36,587 bases of DNA, taken from contig JAWAQR010000012.1 of NCBI GenBank assembly GCA_038893835.1, positions 1 to 36,587 on the forward strand, given 5' to 3'. The notes under the pieces were generated by a model that was not told the DNA's origin, ran no database searches, and saw only the letters and a list, made by a program, of their open reading frames with translations. Shown in pieces: positions 9,749 through 18,241 of the stretch (position 1 is its first letter; every line of letters starts with the position of its first letter). This DNA comes from Archaeoglobaceae archaeon (GTDB lineage: Archaea; Halobacteriota; Archaeoglobi; Archaeoglobales; Archaeoglobaceae). A program made the position numbers and the translations under genes.

Positions 9749-10840
9749 ATGCGTTTCAGAATTTTAACTAGTCTAGCCATAATTTTGACACTACCATTTT
9801 TCCTCCTCTGCGTACAGCCGGGGGAAGAGAAAAAGGTGAACTGGACAGAGAACTTTAAAACGAGCCTGCATTATACAAGGGAGGGAAAGATAACCTTTTA
9901 CTCAGCAAAGAATGGTGGAATGGAATTACTGACAAACAAGCCAATAACGGATTTTGACTGCATAAAATGTCATGCAGAAACGAAGGCCAATGGAGAAAGA
10001 ATAGTGACAGAAAAATACACTCCAGACTGCTATGACTGCCATGTAATCCCTGGGGATAGAGTGAACGACTCAATTTGCCTTGGCTGTCATGCAAGGCAAA
10101 GAACGGAAATAATAGCGCTAAAACTTCCGGATGTTCATAGAGATCGCGGAATGAGATGCATGGACTGCCACACAAAGGAAGATGTGATGGGAGATGGAAA
10201 GCACTATACGACTTTGCTTAAAAGAGAGACGAGTGTTAAATGTGAGAGATGTCATGAATACAAAACAAACGTTGCCCACATTCTTCATGGAAGGGTTTAC
10301 TGCACTTCCTGCCATCAAACAACGGTTATAAGCTGTTATAACTGCCATCTGGAAAGTGCGGAGCAGCATCAGAAAAGAGCCTTTGGACCACTAGTCGGCT
10401 TTGAGATCCTCGTAAACTTCAATGGTAAGATATATCCGGCAAACTACATGACCGCTGTTTACAGAAATAAGACGTTTGTCACAATACAACCATTCTATTC
10501 ACATTCAATAACAAAGAATGCGAAGGAATGCTACGAGTGCCATGGAAATAGAAATGTGGAGGAATACCTTGCAACTGGAAAGATCGTGATGACAAAATGG
10601 GATGAAGGGAATAAAACGATGAGTTCGATCAAAGGAGTAGTCCCCCTTCCCCCTGACTGGAAAGAAGCTTTGATCTTCGACTACATAACATACACAGGTA
10701 ATCCCTCAGATCCTGTTAAATTCGATCCACGCAACTGGACATTTGTAAAGAACAGCTCAGATTTGATGCAAATTTGCTGCGCAGAACCTTTGAATAAGGA
10801 GCAATTGGAAAGAATTGCTAAGAAGTTTGGTCAAAAATAG
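9749..10840 (+). CDS. Octaheme c-type cytochrome, predicted lipoprotein or secreted
   Basis: Eight CxxCH motifs (CIKCH, CYDCH, CLGCH, CMDCH, CERCH, CTSCH, CYNCH, CYECH). N-terminal basic plus hydrophobic signal ends in Cys (FLLC). Confidence 0.9.
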   Translation: MRFRILTSLAIILTLPFFLLCVQPGEEKKVNWTENFKTSLHYTREGKITFYSAKNGGMELLTNKPITDFDCIKCHAETKANGERIVTEKYTPDCYDCHVIPGDRVNDSICLGCHARQRTEIIALKLPDVHRDRGMRCMDCHTKEDVMGDGKHYTTLLKRETSVKCERCHEYKTNVAHILHGRVYCTSCHQTTVISCYNCHLESAEQHQKRAFGPLVGFEILVNFNGKIYPANYMTAVYRNKTFVTIQPFYSHSITKNAKECYECHGNRNVEEYLATGKIVMTKWDEGNKTMSSIKGVVPLPPDWKEALIFDYITYTGNPSDPVKFDPRNWTFVKNSSDLMQICCAEPLNKEQLERIAKKFGQK

Positions 10841-10841
10841 T

Positions 10842-11132
10842 TTAAAACTTCAGATATCCTTTTCTTTCCAACCACTCAACCTGTGGATTCGTATACTTCC
10901 AAACTATGTCAGCCCGATCTTTTTGAAAGCTCCAAGGAACTACGATAACGACATCTCCTTCCTTTATCCATATTTTTTTCCTCATCTTCCCTGGAATTCT
11001 GCCCAATCTTTCAACTCCATCTTCACATCTCACCTTTATATGCCCAGCTCCAAGCATTGAGGAGACAATACCAAACATCTCTCCCTTTTCCCTGTCTGGA
11101 AGCCGAACTCTGATTACCTCCTCTTCGCCCAG
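10842..11132 (-). CDS. eif1a: Translation initiation factor aIF1A, probable CTG start
   Basis: [38 protein letters not shown]. The conserved N-terminal IRVRLP lies upstream of the first in-frame ATG (11078). SD GGAGGTG is 5 nt before an in-frame CTG at 11132. Confidence 0.9.
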   Translation of the reverse strand: MGEEEVIRVRLPDREKGEMFGIVSSMLGAGHIKVRCEDGVERLGRIPGKMRKKIWIKEGDVVIVVPWSFQKDRADIVWKYTNPQVEWLERKGYLKF

Positions 11133-11137
11133 AGTGA

Positions 11138-11172
11138 CACCTCCAAAAAAGAATCTGGGCTTTGTTTAAATA
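11138..11172 (-). promoter_or_regulatory. TATA box (TATTTAAA) and perfect SD (GGAGGTG) of aIF1A
   Basis: TATA at about 11165-11172 and SD at 11138-11144 on the minus strand. Confidence 0.65.
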
Positions 11173-11174
11173 AT

Positions 11175-11507
11175 TTATCTAAACAACTTCCGCTGAAGTG
11201 AGTCTATCTTTTCTCCAAGTTCTCTTATTTCCGGTCTTATAGCTTTTGAGATCCTATCTTCAAGCTCGTCGGAGCTTATTGCTATGGCTCTCTTAACATT
11301 CTGAAACTCCTCAGTCATCGTCTGCATCCTCAATTCTACACTTATCAAAAAAAGCGCAAGACTTGAAATCAACAAAGCTGCTAGAAATATTATTACATGA
11401 TCCACCTTGTCGTAGAGAGATAGCCACTTATAAACAAGTCCTGTCGCGGAAAAAATCATCACAATCGAGAGAACTATTTCCCTACCAATTTCTCTCCATG
11501 ATAGCAT
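11175..11507 (-). CDS. Hypothetical membrane protein (two TM helices plus coiled coil)
   Basis: Two hydrophobic segments followed by a heptad-like C-terminus. TATAAATA box lies about 22 nt upstream of the ATG. Confidence 0.75.
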   Translation of the reverse strand: MLSWREIGREIVLSIVMIFSATGLVYKWLSLYDKVDHVIIFLAALLISSLALFLISVELRMQTMTEEFQNVKRAIAISSDELEDRISKAIRPEIRELGEKIDSLQRKLFR

Positions 11508-11541
11508 GTCCTAGATAATGTGTAGAACTATTTATATTTTT

Positions 11542-11561
11542 TTACAATCCAAGAATTGTAA
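11542..11561. promoter_or_regulatory. Inverted repeat TTACAAT-N6-ATTGTAA, candidate operator
   Basis: Perfect 7-bp arms in the divergent intergenic region between 11507(-) and 11626(+). Confidence 0.35.
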
Positions 11562-11625
11562 CTTCAAAGCTCTAAACTTAATTCCTTAATCGCAATACTT
11601 TAATCTTTAAAATCGAATTGACACC

Positions 11626-12666
11626 ATGGATCTAGGCTGTAGACTTGTCAAAGAGGGCTTTGAACCTGGAGATTGTCTTGTTTATCATGCAAACGAAAAA
11701 AGACCAGCCTGCAAGGTTACACTTAGATGGAAGGATGGTAATCCCTACAGACTAATACATTCCTACGCACATAAATCACCCGAGCAATATCTCTCCATTT
11801 ATCAATCAGGATGTAACTGGAGTTGCAAGAAATGCCATTCTTGGCGTTTTACTCGTTACTCCTCTGGTTTTTGGATGTCTCCAGAAGATATCGCAAGGAT
11901 TTCCATGGAATACTGGATGAGAAACAGAGATAACATTTACAAAGAACCAAGAGAAAGAGCTACAAGCTGGCATGTCCATGAGCTTTGCAGAGGTTGTGGC
12001 TCATGCATTTTGAACGTTAGAAGGTCAAAATTTTGCCCTGGAAGACTTAGACTGGATCAGATAACTTTACTCGACGACTTAACCTGGGGCGCGGCGAGAA
12101 ATATAATATCATTTACAGGCGGAGATTTGGCTTGTCAACCGGAATTCTATGCTGAATCTGCAAAAGCGATCAAAGATTTGAATCTTGATCTTTGGGTTTT
12201 ATTCGAAACAAACGGTTACGGATTAATTCCAGAAACTCTTGATTTATTCAAAGACTCCGGAATCGATTCTTTTTGGTTAGACATCAAGGCTTACGATGAA
12301 AAAATTCATAGAACGCTAACCGGTGTTTCGAACAAGCGAATTTTGGAGTTGCCGGAAGAGATTGTTGAAAGAGATTTTGTCTTAGAAGTCTCAACTGTTT
12401 ACATTCCTGGCTGGGTGGAAGAGGATCAAATAAGGAAAATAGCAGAATTGCTTTCAAGTGTGGATCGGAAGATACCTTATGCAATAATTGCGTTCATACC
12501 AGAATACGAGCTCAGAAATTTGAACCCTCCAAATTTTCAGCAAATGTTAAAGGCTTATGAAGTTTCAAGGGATGCTGGATTAAAGAACGTGAGATTGGGG
12601 AATGTAGGAGTATTTGTGAAAACCTTGGAAGAATATGAGGAATTGATTCGGATTGGTGCAATTTAA
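11626..12666 (+). CDS. Radical SAM protein, PFL/glycyl-radical activase-like
   Basis: CNWSCKKC radical SAM motif, extra CRGCGSC...CP cysteine cluster, SFTGGD, ETNG and LDIKA motifs. Confidence 0.8.
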   Translation: MDLGCRLVKEGFEPGDCLVYHANEKRPACKVTLRWKDGNPYRLIHSYAHKSPEQYLSIYQSGCNWSCKKCHSWRFTRYSSGFWMSPEDIARISMEYWMRNRDNIYKEPRERATSWHVHELCRGCGSCILNVRRSKFCPGRLRLDQITLLDDLTWGAARNIISFTGGDLACQPEFYAESAKAIKDLNLDLWVLFETNGYGLIPETLDLFKDSGIDSFWLDIKAYDEKIHRTLTGVSNKRILELPEEIVERDFVLEVSTVYIPGWVEEDQIRKIAELLSSVDRKIPYAIIAFIPEYELRNLNPPNFQQMLKAYEVSRDAGLKNVRLGNVGVFVKTLEEYEELIRIGAI

Positions 12667-12700
12667 AAAGTTTGGATATCCTAACATAAGAAAGCAAAGA

Positions 12701-12775
12701 TGGGTCCGCGGGGCTTTGAACCCCGGACCTTTCGCTTATCAGGCGAACGCTCTAACCAGGCTGAGCCACGGACCC
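12701..12775 (-). tRNA. tRNA-Ile (GAU), no intron, CCA not encoded
   Basis: Reverse complement GGGTCCGTGGCTCAGCCTGGTTAGAGCGTTCGCCTGATAAGCGAAAGGTCCGGGGTTCAAAGCCCCGCGGACCCA has acceptor stem GGGTCCG/CGGACCC, anticodon stem TTCGC/GCGAA with loop CTGATAA, and a TTC T-loop. TTATAA box lies about 25 nt upstream. Confidence 0.96.
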
Positions 12776-12860
12776 TTGTAAAGTTGTCCTAAAATCTACT
12801 TATAAGCTTTTTGATCTCGATAGCTCAAAGCATATAAACTCAAAGAATTTCCATTGAAAC

Positions 12861-14042
12861 ATGCCCGAATGCGTGGCAATCGTTGGGGTGGGTCATTCAA
12901 AGTTTGGAACTAGGAAGGACGTGAACATAGCAGAACTCTGCTGGGAAGCGATGAAACCGGCCCTCGAGACAGCGAATCTAGAAACCAAGGAAGTAGAATT
13001 CTTTGTGGTCGGTACAGCTGGAATGTGGAGCAGTGAGCAAGCGGTGCCGGCTTTAATTGCTGAATATGCAGATCTTACTCCAAAGGGTTCTATGAGGGTT
13101 GAGGCGGCATGTGCAACAGGAAGTGCTGCAATAAGAGTTGGATATATGTCGATAAAATCCGGATTGGCAGATATCGTTTTGGTTCTTGGAATTGAAAAGA
13201 TGCAAGAATCTCCAAATCCGACGGTAATAGAAATGATTGGCAGATTTGGAAGCTATTTCTGGGAATTCGAGAACTTTGGATTGACTTTCCCTGGCTACTA
13301 TGCGCTCCATGGAACAGCTTATATGTCCAAGTATGGCGCAACGGAAGAGGATTTTGCAAAGGTTGCGGTCAAAAATCACTACTATGGAGCCAGAAATCCC
13401 TATGCCCAGTTCCAGAAGGAGATAAGCATAGAGACCGTTTTAAAAAGCCCCTACATCGCCTGGCCCTTCAAGCTTTTCGACTGTTCACCAATAACAGACG
13501 GCTCTGCTTGCGTAATACTTGCAAGCGAGAAAAAGGTCAAAGAAATGGGAATTGAGGAAAAGGTATGGATCCTCGCCCAAGGAGTTGGAACTGGAACTGC
13601 GAATCTCAGCAGGAGAGAAGATTTCACAAGCTTAGCTTCAGCCAGATTTGCAGCTGAGCAAGCATATAAGGTTGCGAAGATAGAAGAGCCTGTAAAAGAA
13701 CTTGACGGCGCAAACGTCCACGACTGCTTCACAGCTGCTGAGATAATAGCTTATGAGGACCTTCTTTTCTGCAAACGTGGCGAAGGAGTGGAGCTAATAA
13801 GGAATGAGCAAACATACATAGGTGGAAGGATACCCGTCAACGTTGATGGCGGTTTGAAGGCTAAGGGGCATCCAATTGGTGCTACTGGAGTAAGTCAGGC
13901 TGTTGAAGCTTACAAACAGCTGTTAAGCAAAGCAGAACCTGGGAGACAGGCAGATATAAGAAATGGAAGATGGCTTACACACAACGTTGGAGGGACAGGG
14001 CATTATGCATATGTTACAATTTATGGACTTGAAAAGAGGTGA
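12861..14042 (+). CDS. Thiolase (SCP2/SCP-x-type acetyl-CoA acyltransferase family)
   Basis: VEAACATG nucleophilic Cys, HDCF, KGHPIGATG and HNVGG motifs. Confidence 0.9.
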   Translation: MPECVAIVGVGHSKFGTRKDVNIAELCWEAMKPALETANLETKEVEFFVVGTAGMWSSEQAVPALIAEYADLTPKGSMRVEAACATGSAAIRVGYMSIKSGLADIVLVLGIEKMQESPNPTVIEMIGRFGSYFWEFENFGLTFPGYYALHGTAYMSKYGATEEDFAKVAVKNHYYGARNPYAQFQKEISIETVLKSPYIAWPFKLFDCSPITDGSACVILASEKKVKEMGIEEKVWILAQGVGTGTANLSRREDFTSLASARFAAEQAYKVAKIEEPVKELDGANVHDCFTAAEIIAYEDLLFCKRGEGVELIRNEQTYIGGRIPVNVDGGLKAKGHPIGATGVSQAVEAYKQLLSKAEPGRQADIRNGRWLTHNVGGTGHYAYVTIYGLEKR

Positions 14043-14047
14043 TCTAA

Positions 14048-14524
14048 ATGGAAAAAGATCTCATTGAAAAAACAGGATTTCCAATTTTGGCAGATGAGAA
14101 GACTGGCCAACTACAATGGATGGATTTGAGAGAGCTAAGGATAAGATACGTGATCTCAATTGAGGGAATAAAGAAGTTCTTTGAAGGGCTTAAAGATGGG
14201 AAACTGCTCGCAACGAAATGTAAATGTGGTAGAATCTTCTTTCCTCCACAAAAGGATTGCCCGAGCTGTATGAAATCGGAGATGGAATGGATTGAGCTGA
14301 AGAAAGAGGGAATTCTTGAAACCCTTACTGTAATCTTTGTCCGTCCTCCAAGTTTTTCGATGCATGAGCCATATACAGTTGCAATTGCAAAACTAGACGA
14401 TGGCGTTAGAGTGCTTTCTTGGCTCAGAGGAGATCCTAAATCTGTAAGACCGGGGCAAAGAGTTAGAGTTGAGGTTTCTAAGAGAAAGGAAGGGCACTTG
14501 ATGTTCGAACTTGTGCCGATCTAA
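14048..14524 (+). CDS. DUF35 Zn-ribbon/OB-fold thiolase partner protein
   Basis: KCKCGRIFFPP..DCPSC Zn ribbon and an OB fold (PYTVAIAKLDDG). Directly follows the thiolase. Confidence 0.88.
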   Translation: MEKDLIEKTGFPILADEKTGQLQWMDLRELRIRYVISIEGIKKFFEGLKDGKLLATKCKCGRIFFPPQKDCPSCMKSEMEWIELKKEGILETLTVIFVRPPSFSMHEPYTVAIAKLDDGVRVLSWLRGDPKSVRPGQRVRVEVSKRKEGHLMFELVPI

Positions 14525-14566
14525 TTTTTAATAATTTTTGAAAATAATATTCCAAAATTTTGATCT

Positions 14567-15373
14567 TTATATTTTAAAACGCCAATCTCTACGAATTTCA
14601 GGGAAGTCGGCAAAGGGGTTCCTTTTTATGAACTTCAAGTCTTCAAAATCCATATAATTCAGGACTCTCTTCAAGTTAAAAAGAATGCAGCCAGGAATTC
14701 TAACTTCTGCTATTTCCGATAAATCCAAGGCAGCTTTTAAAAATTCCCAGATACTCCCAGCCCTTTCCAAGTCCAGTTTTTCCATTAGCTCCAAGTTTTG
14801 TCTATAAACTGAGATCGGTTGTAAAAATAGCTCGTCTGCAAAACTCGCTATTTCTGCGATCTTTTCAAGTTCTCCATCGTTGATTCCAGGCATAAAAATC
14901 GTTCTAATGATCGTGTAAGTTGTTTTTGAGCTTATCTTTATGTTCTCAATCACTTTTTCAAAAAAATCGCCCTTGGTTATCTCAAAGTACTTTTCCTTAT
15001 TCCCCGCGTTCAGACTTATCATCACGATATCGAAATTCTCACAGATCTTTTCAGTCAGCAGGATTCCATTCGTCTGCAGATCTAATCTCACATTTCCAAA
15101 AAAATCTCTTAGTGTATTCGCTATCCTTATCACTTCACTTTCCCCAACAATCAGAGGTTCACCGAATTGAGATATCGTTATAACCTTTGGCTCCAAATCA
15201 CCGTAATAACCTGCCCTTATCCCTATTTTTCTCGCAACTCTAGAATAGCAGAAAATGCAATCGAGGTTGCATTCCATTGTTATCTCATAGCTCGGATGAT
15301 GCCTGGGTTCTTCAACATCGCTTATTCCTTCACAATGCTCACAATGAGCGGGATATTTCAGCTTTGATATCAT
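14567..15373 (-). CDS. Uncharacterised radical SAM protein
   Basis: CNLDCIFC motif, QFGEPL and LQTNG, plus an N-terminal HCEHC motif. ATGA-coupled to cofD. Confidence 0.85.
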   Translation of the reverse strand: MISKLKYPAHCEHCEGISDVEEPRHHPSYEITMECNLDCIFCYSRVARKIGIRAGYYGDLEPKVITISQFGEPLIVGESEVIRIANTLRDFFGNVRLDLQTNGILLTEKICENFDIVMISLNAGNKEKYFEITKGDFFEKVIENIKISSKTTYTIIRTIFMPGINDGELEKIAEIASFADELFLQPISVYRQNLELMEKLDLERAGSIWEFLKAALDLSEIAEVRIPGCILFNLKRVLNYMDFEDLKFIKRNPFADFPEIRRDWRFKI

Positions 15374-16263
15374 AGCCTGTCAAAGACTTTCAAAACGAAT
15401 TCCGAAAGTCTTATTGCATCTTCTTTCGATCTCATAACAATTTTTGTCACAATAAATCTTTCAGATTTCAGAAATGAGTCCGATTCGTCGATTATCAGCA
15501 GATCGAGGAAATCCTTGTAAACTTCGAAAACACCAATGGGGGATACTTCAAAACCCTTCGCCTTCATGAATTTCCCTGCTGGACCACTAATGGGATTTTT
15601 CCCAACAATTGGGGATATCGCCACAACTTTCTTATCCTTCAAAATCTCTTTCATGTTTTCGACACTTACTATAGGCAATATGCTAGTTATTGGGTTGCTT
15701 GGACCTATTAAAATTTCCTGATCTCTCTTGAGCACTCTCTTAACCTCTTCAGGAATCTTTGCAACTTCTATTCCCTTGAAATAAACATCCAAAACATTAG
15801 GTAAACCTCTTTTTTTTACCCAGAACTCCTGAAAATGCATTTCACCCTCATCTGTCACTACAATTGTTGCGACGTCCTCATTGCACATCGGGAAAATTTC
15901 CTGTTTTACTCCATAAGCTCTCGCAACCTCTCTAGTCGCTTCAACAAGCGTTTTTCCTCTTCTCAACAACTCACTCCTAAAGATATGCGTAGCCCTATCA
16001 AGATCTCCAACCGCCATTACTTCATCGATTCCAAGCTTTTTCAGAGCTTCATGGGTTTTAAAAGTATCTCCCTTTATCCCCCACCACTTCTCATCATCTA
16101 TTATCTCTGCAAGAGCGTAGATCACCGAATCTATATCTGGGCAAATCTTGTTGCCGGAGATCCAGATATCTTCTGCAGTATTCACGATCACGGTAAAGTC
16201 CGTTAATTCCTTCATCCCCCTCAAAAGTTTAGGCGTCCCTGTGCCACCAGAAAGAACGATCAT
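15370..16263 (-). CDS. cofD: 2-phospho-L-lactate transferase
   Basis: [51 protein letters not shown] and SGPAGK motifs. Confidence 0.95.
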   Translation of the reverse strand: MIVLSGGTGTPKLLRGMKELTDFTVIVNTAEDIWISGNKICPDIDSVIYALAEIIDDEKWWGIKGDTFKTHEALKKLGIDEVMAVGDLDRATHIFRSELLRRGKTLVEATREVARAYGVKQEIFPMCNEDVATIVVTDEGEMHFQEFWVKKRGLPNVLDVYFKGIEVAKIPEEVKRVLKRDQEILIGPSNPITSILPIVSVENMKEILKDKKVVAISPIVGKNPISGPAGKFMKAKGFEVSPIGVFEVYKDFLDLLIIDESDSFLKSERFIVTKIVMRSKEDAIRLSEFVLKVFDRL

Positions 16264-17954
16264 CGGAATTTCTCACCAAAATCTTCTATAGGTCTTTCCG
16301 TTGTTAGGAGTTCTCGCAGAATTTTGGGAAGATCATTAACCCTTACTCTTACCTGTCCAGTTGTATCTCTATCCCTTATCGTCACGGTTTCATCTTCGAA
16401 AGTCTGATGGTCAACGGTTACACAGAATGGGGTCCCAATTTCATCATATCTTCTATACCTTCTCCCTATACTGCCAGAATCGTCATAATCTGTGTAAAAT
16501 CCGCTTCGCTTTAGTTGATTCGTTATTTCTATGGCTTTACTTATAAAAGGCTCTCTAGAAAGCAATGGCAGAACTGCAACTTCTATAGGAGCCAACCATC
16601 TCTTCAATCTCAAAACTCTCCTTTCCTCCCCTTCAACAATGTCTTTATCAAAAGAGTGTTCCAAAACCGCATAGCTTATTCTATCAAGCCCAAATGATGG
16701 CTCTATAACGTGAGGAACCACTCTTTCTCCACTTATCTCTTCTTCAACCTCTCTGACTTCAAAGAACTCCTTACTGATCCTTATCTTTTCTCCATCCAAT
16801 TCTATCTCTATCTCATCGCTGTTAACTTCCATATTCGCTAGAATTTCCGCAATTTTCTTAGCCTTCTCTTTAAAAACTGGGCCGAGAACGTTCATTTTTG
16901 GAATCGTCTTTTTCCTCTTTACAACTATTGGTTTATTATATGGAATAAAAATGCTCAGATCTTCTCCGCTGAACTTTGAGTGTCTTATGAGATCGTAGTC
17001 AGTTCTATCAGCAATTCCAACAACTTCTATCCAGCCAAAGCTCGTAAGAACTTCCGCATCCCAGCAATCACTCGCATAATGTGCTCTCTCATCATCCTTG
17101 TGCTGTCTGAAGCGAAGTCTTTCATCTTTTATACCTATTTTTAATAAAAATCTTCTAGTTTTTCCGATGAAATATGCCAAAGCCTCGTTGGCGATTATCC
17201 CCTTTTCAACCGCTTCTCCCAAGCTTATTTTATTCATCCTTTCGAATTTGTCCAAAAGATTTACCTCATCGTTTGCAAACTCCTTGAAGTTAGGATGCCT
17301 CTTTTCCCTCGGATGAACAAAGAATTCCAGTTCTGCTTGATTGAATTCCCTCAGCCTTATAACTCCTTGCCTTGGGCTTATTTCATTTCTGAAAGCTCTT
17401 CCTATTTGCGCAACTCCAAATGGTAATTTATCTCTGAAATAGTTTGAGATTCTCTTGAAAGCAATGAATATCCCCTGTGCAGTCTCAGGGCGTAGATATG
17501 CATTCTTTCCCCTCCCCGCTCCAATCTTCGTTGAAAACATCAGATTCATAAAAAATGGTTCCTTAAAACTGCCACCACACTCGCATTTCAACCCATAAGT
17601 TTGCAGAACCTCTTTTATGACATCCTTAGAAACTTCTACTTCCAGATTTAGCTTCTCCTTTATATAATGATCTGCCCTATAAACCCTTCCGCACTTCTCG
17701 CACTCTATCGCTATGTCGAAGAAAGAAGTCGCATGCCCAGAAGCGATGAAAACTTCCTCTATCCCGATCAATGGTGTATCGATTTCGACAACTCTCTCGT
17801 TTATCACAAAGAATTCCCGCCAGATATTTTCGATTTTTCTCCTTAAATTGTTTCCAAGAGGAGCGTAATCCACAAATCCAGCCATTCCACCGTATATCTC
17901 GAAAGATTGCCAGAGAAAACCTCTTCTGACAAGCATTTCCATTAGATCACTCAT
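16260..17954 (-). CDS. glyS: Glycine--tRNA ligase (archaeal/eukaryotic type)
   Basis: [28 protein letters not shown] and [16 protein letters not shown] motifs. Confidence 0.97.
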   Translation of the reverse strand: MSDLMEMLVRRGFLWQSFEIYGGMAGFVDYAPLGNNLRRKIENIWREFFVINERVVEIDTPLIGIEEVFIASGHATSFFDIAIECEKCGRVYRADHYIKEKLNLEVEVSKDVIKEVLQTYGLKCECGGSFKEPFFMNLMFSTKIGAGRGKNAYLRPETAQGIFIAFKRISNYFRDKLPFGVAQIGRAFRNEISPRQGVIRLREFNQAELEFFVHPREKRHPNFKEFANDEVNLLDKFERMNKISLGEAVEKGIIANEALAYFIGKTRRFLLKIGIKDERLRFRQHKDDERAHYASDCWDAEVLTSFGWIEVVGIADRTDYDLIRHSKFSGEDLSIFIPYNKPIVVKRKKTIPKMNVLGPVFKEKAKKIAEILANMEVNSDEIEIELDGEKIRISKEFFEVREVEEEISGERVVPHVIEPSFGLDRISYAVLEHSFDKDIVEGEERRVLRLKRWLAPIEVAVLPLLSREPFISKAIEITNQLKRSGFYTDYDDSGSIGRRYRRYDEIGTPFCVTVDHQTFEDETVTIRDRDTTGQVRVRVNDLPKILRELLTTERPIEDFGEKFR

Positions 17955-18052
17955 GCAAGATGCGTAATACGTTCAACATAAAAGTTTTAAGGTATTCAAG
18001 AGGGTTGCTTTAAGTTTCAGCAAAATTTTTATCTCTGCTTTCAACTTCTTTT

Positions 18053-18241
18053 ATGCCCATTGTCCCTCACAGACATTGTGTGATCTGTGGAAAGGCTATA
18101 GAAGCAGATAAATTCGTTTGTGGAGAGGAATGTCAAAATAGACTCGAAAAAGAGAGAAAAAGACAAAGAAACTTTACGATTTTCATGTTTGCAATGCTCA
18201 TTTTGCTACTATTGCTCATCTGGCTGCCATACATCAGGTGA
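18053..18241 (+). CDS. DUF2116-like Zn-ribbon small membrane protein
   Basis: HRHCVICGKAI....CGEEC followed by a basic helix and a C-terminal TM helix. TATA-like TTTTTAT lies about 20 nt upstream. Confidence 0.8.
   Translation: MPIVPHRHCVICGKAIEADKFVCGEECQNRLEKERKRQRNFTIFMFAMLILLLLLIWLPYIR

Noticed and set aside
11812-11838. CKKCH as a heme c site in the radical SAM protein
   Set aside because: It is the tail of the CxxxCxxC SAM-cluster motif in a protein with no signal peptide.
9749-12775. Integrated element at tRNA-Ile
   Set aside because: I found no integrase and no duplicated tRNA end (att site) by eye, and the region contains the core gene aIF1A.
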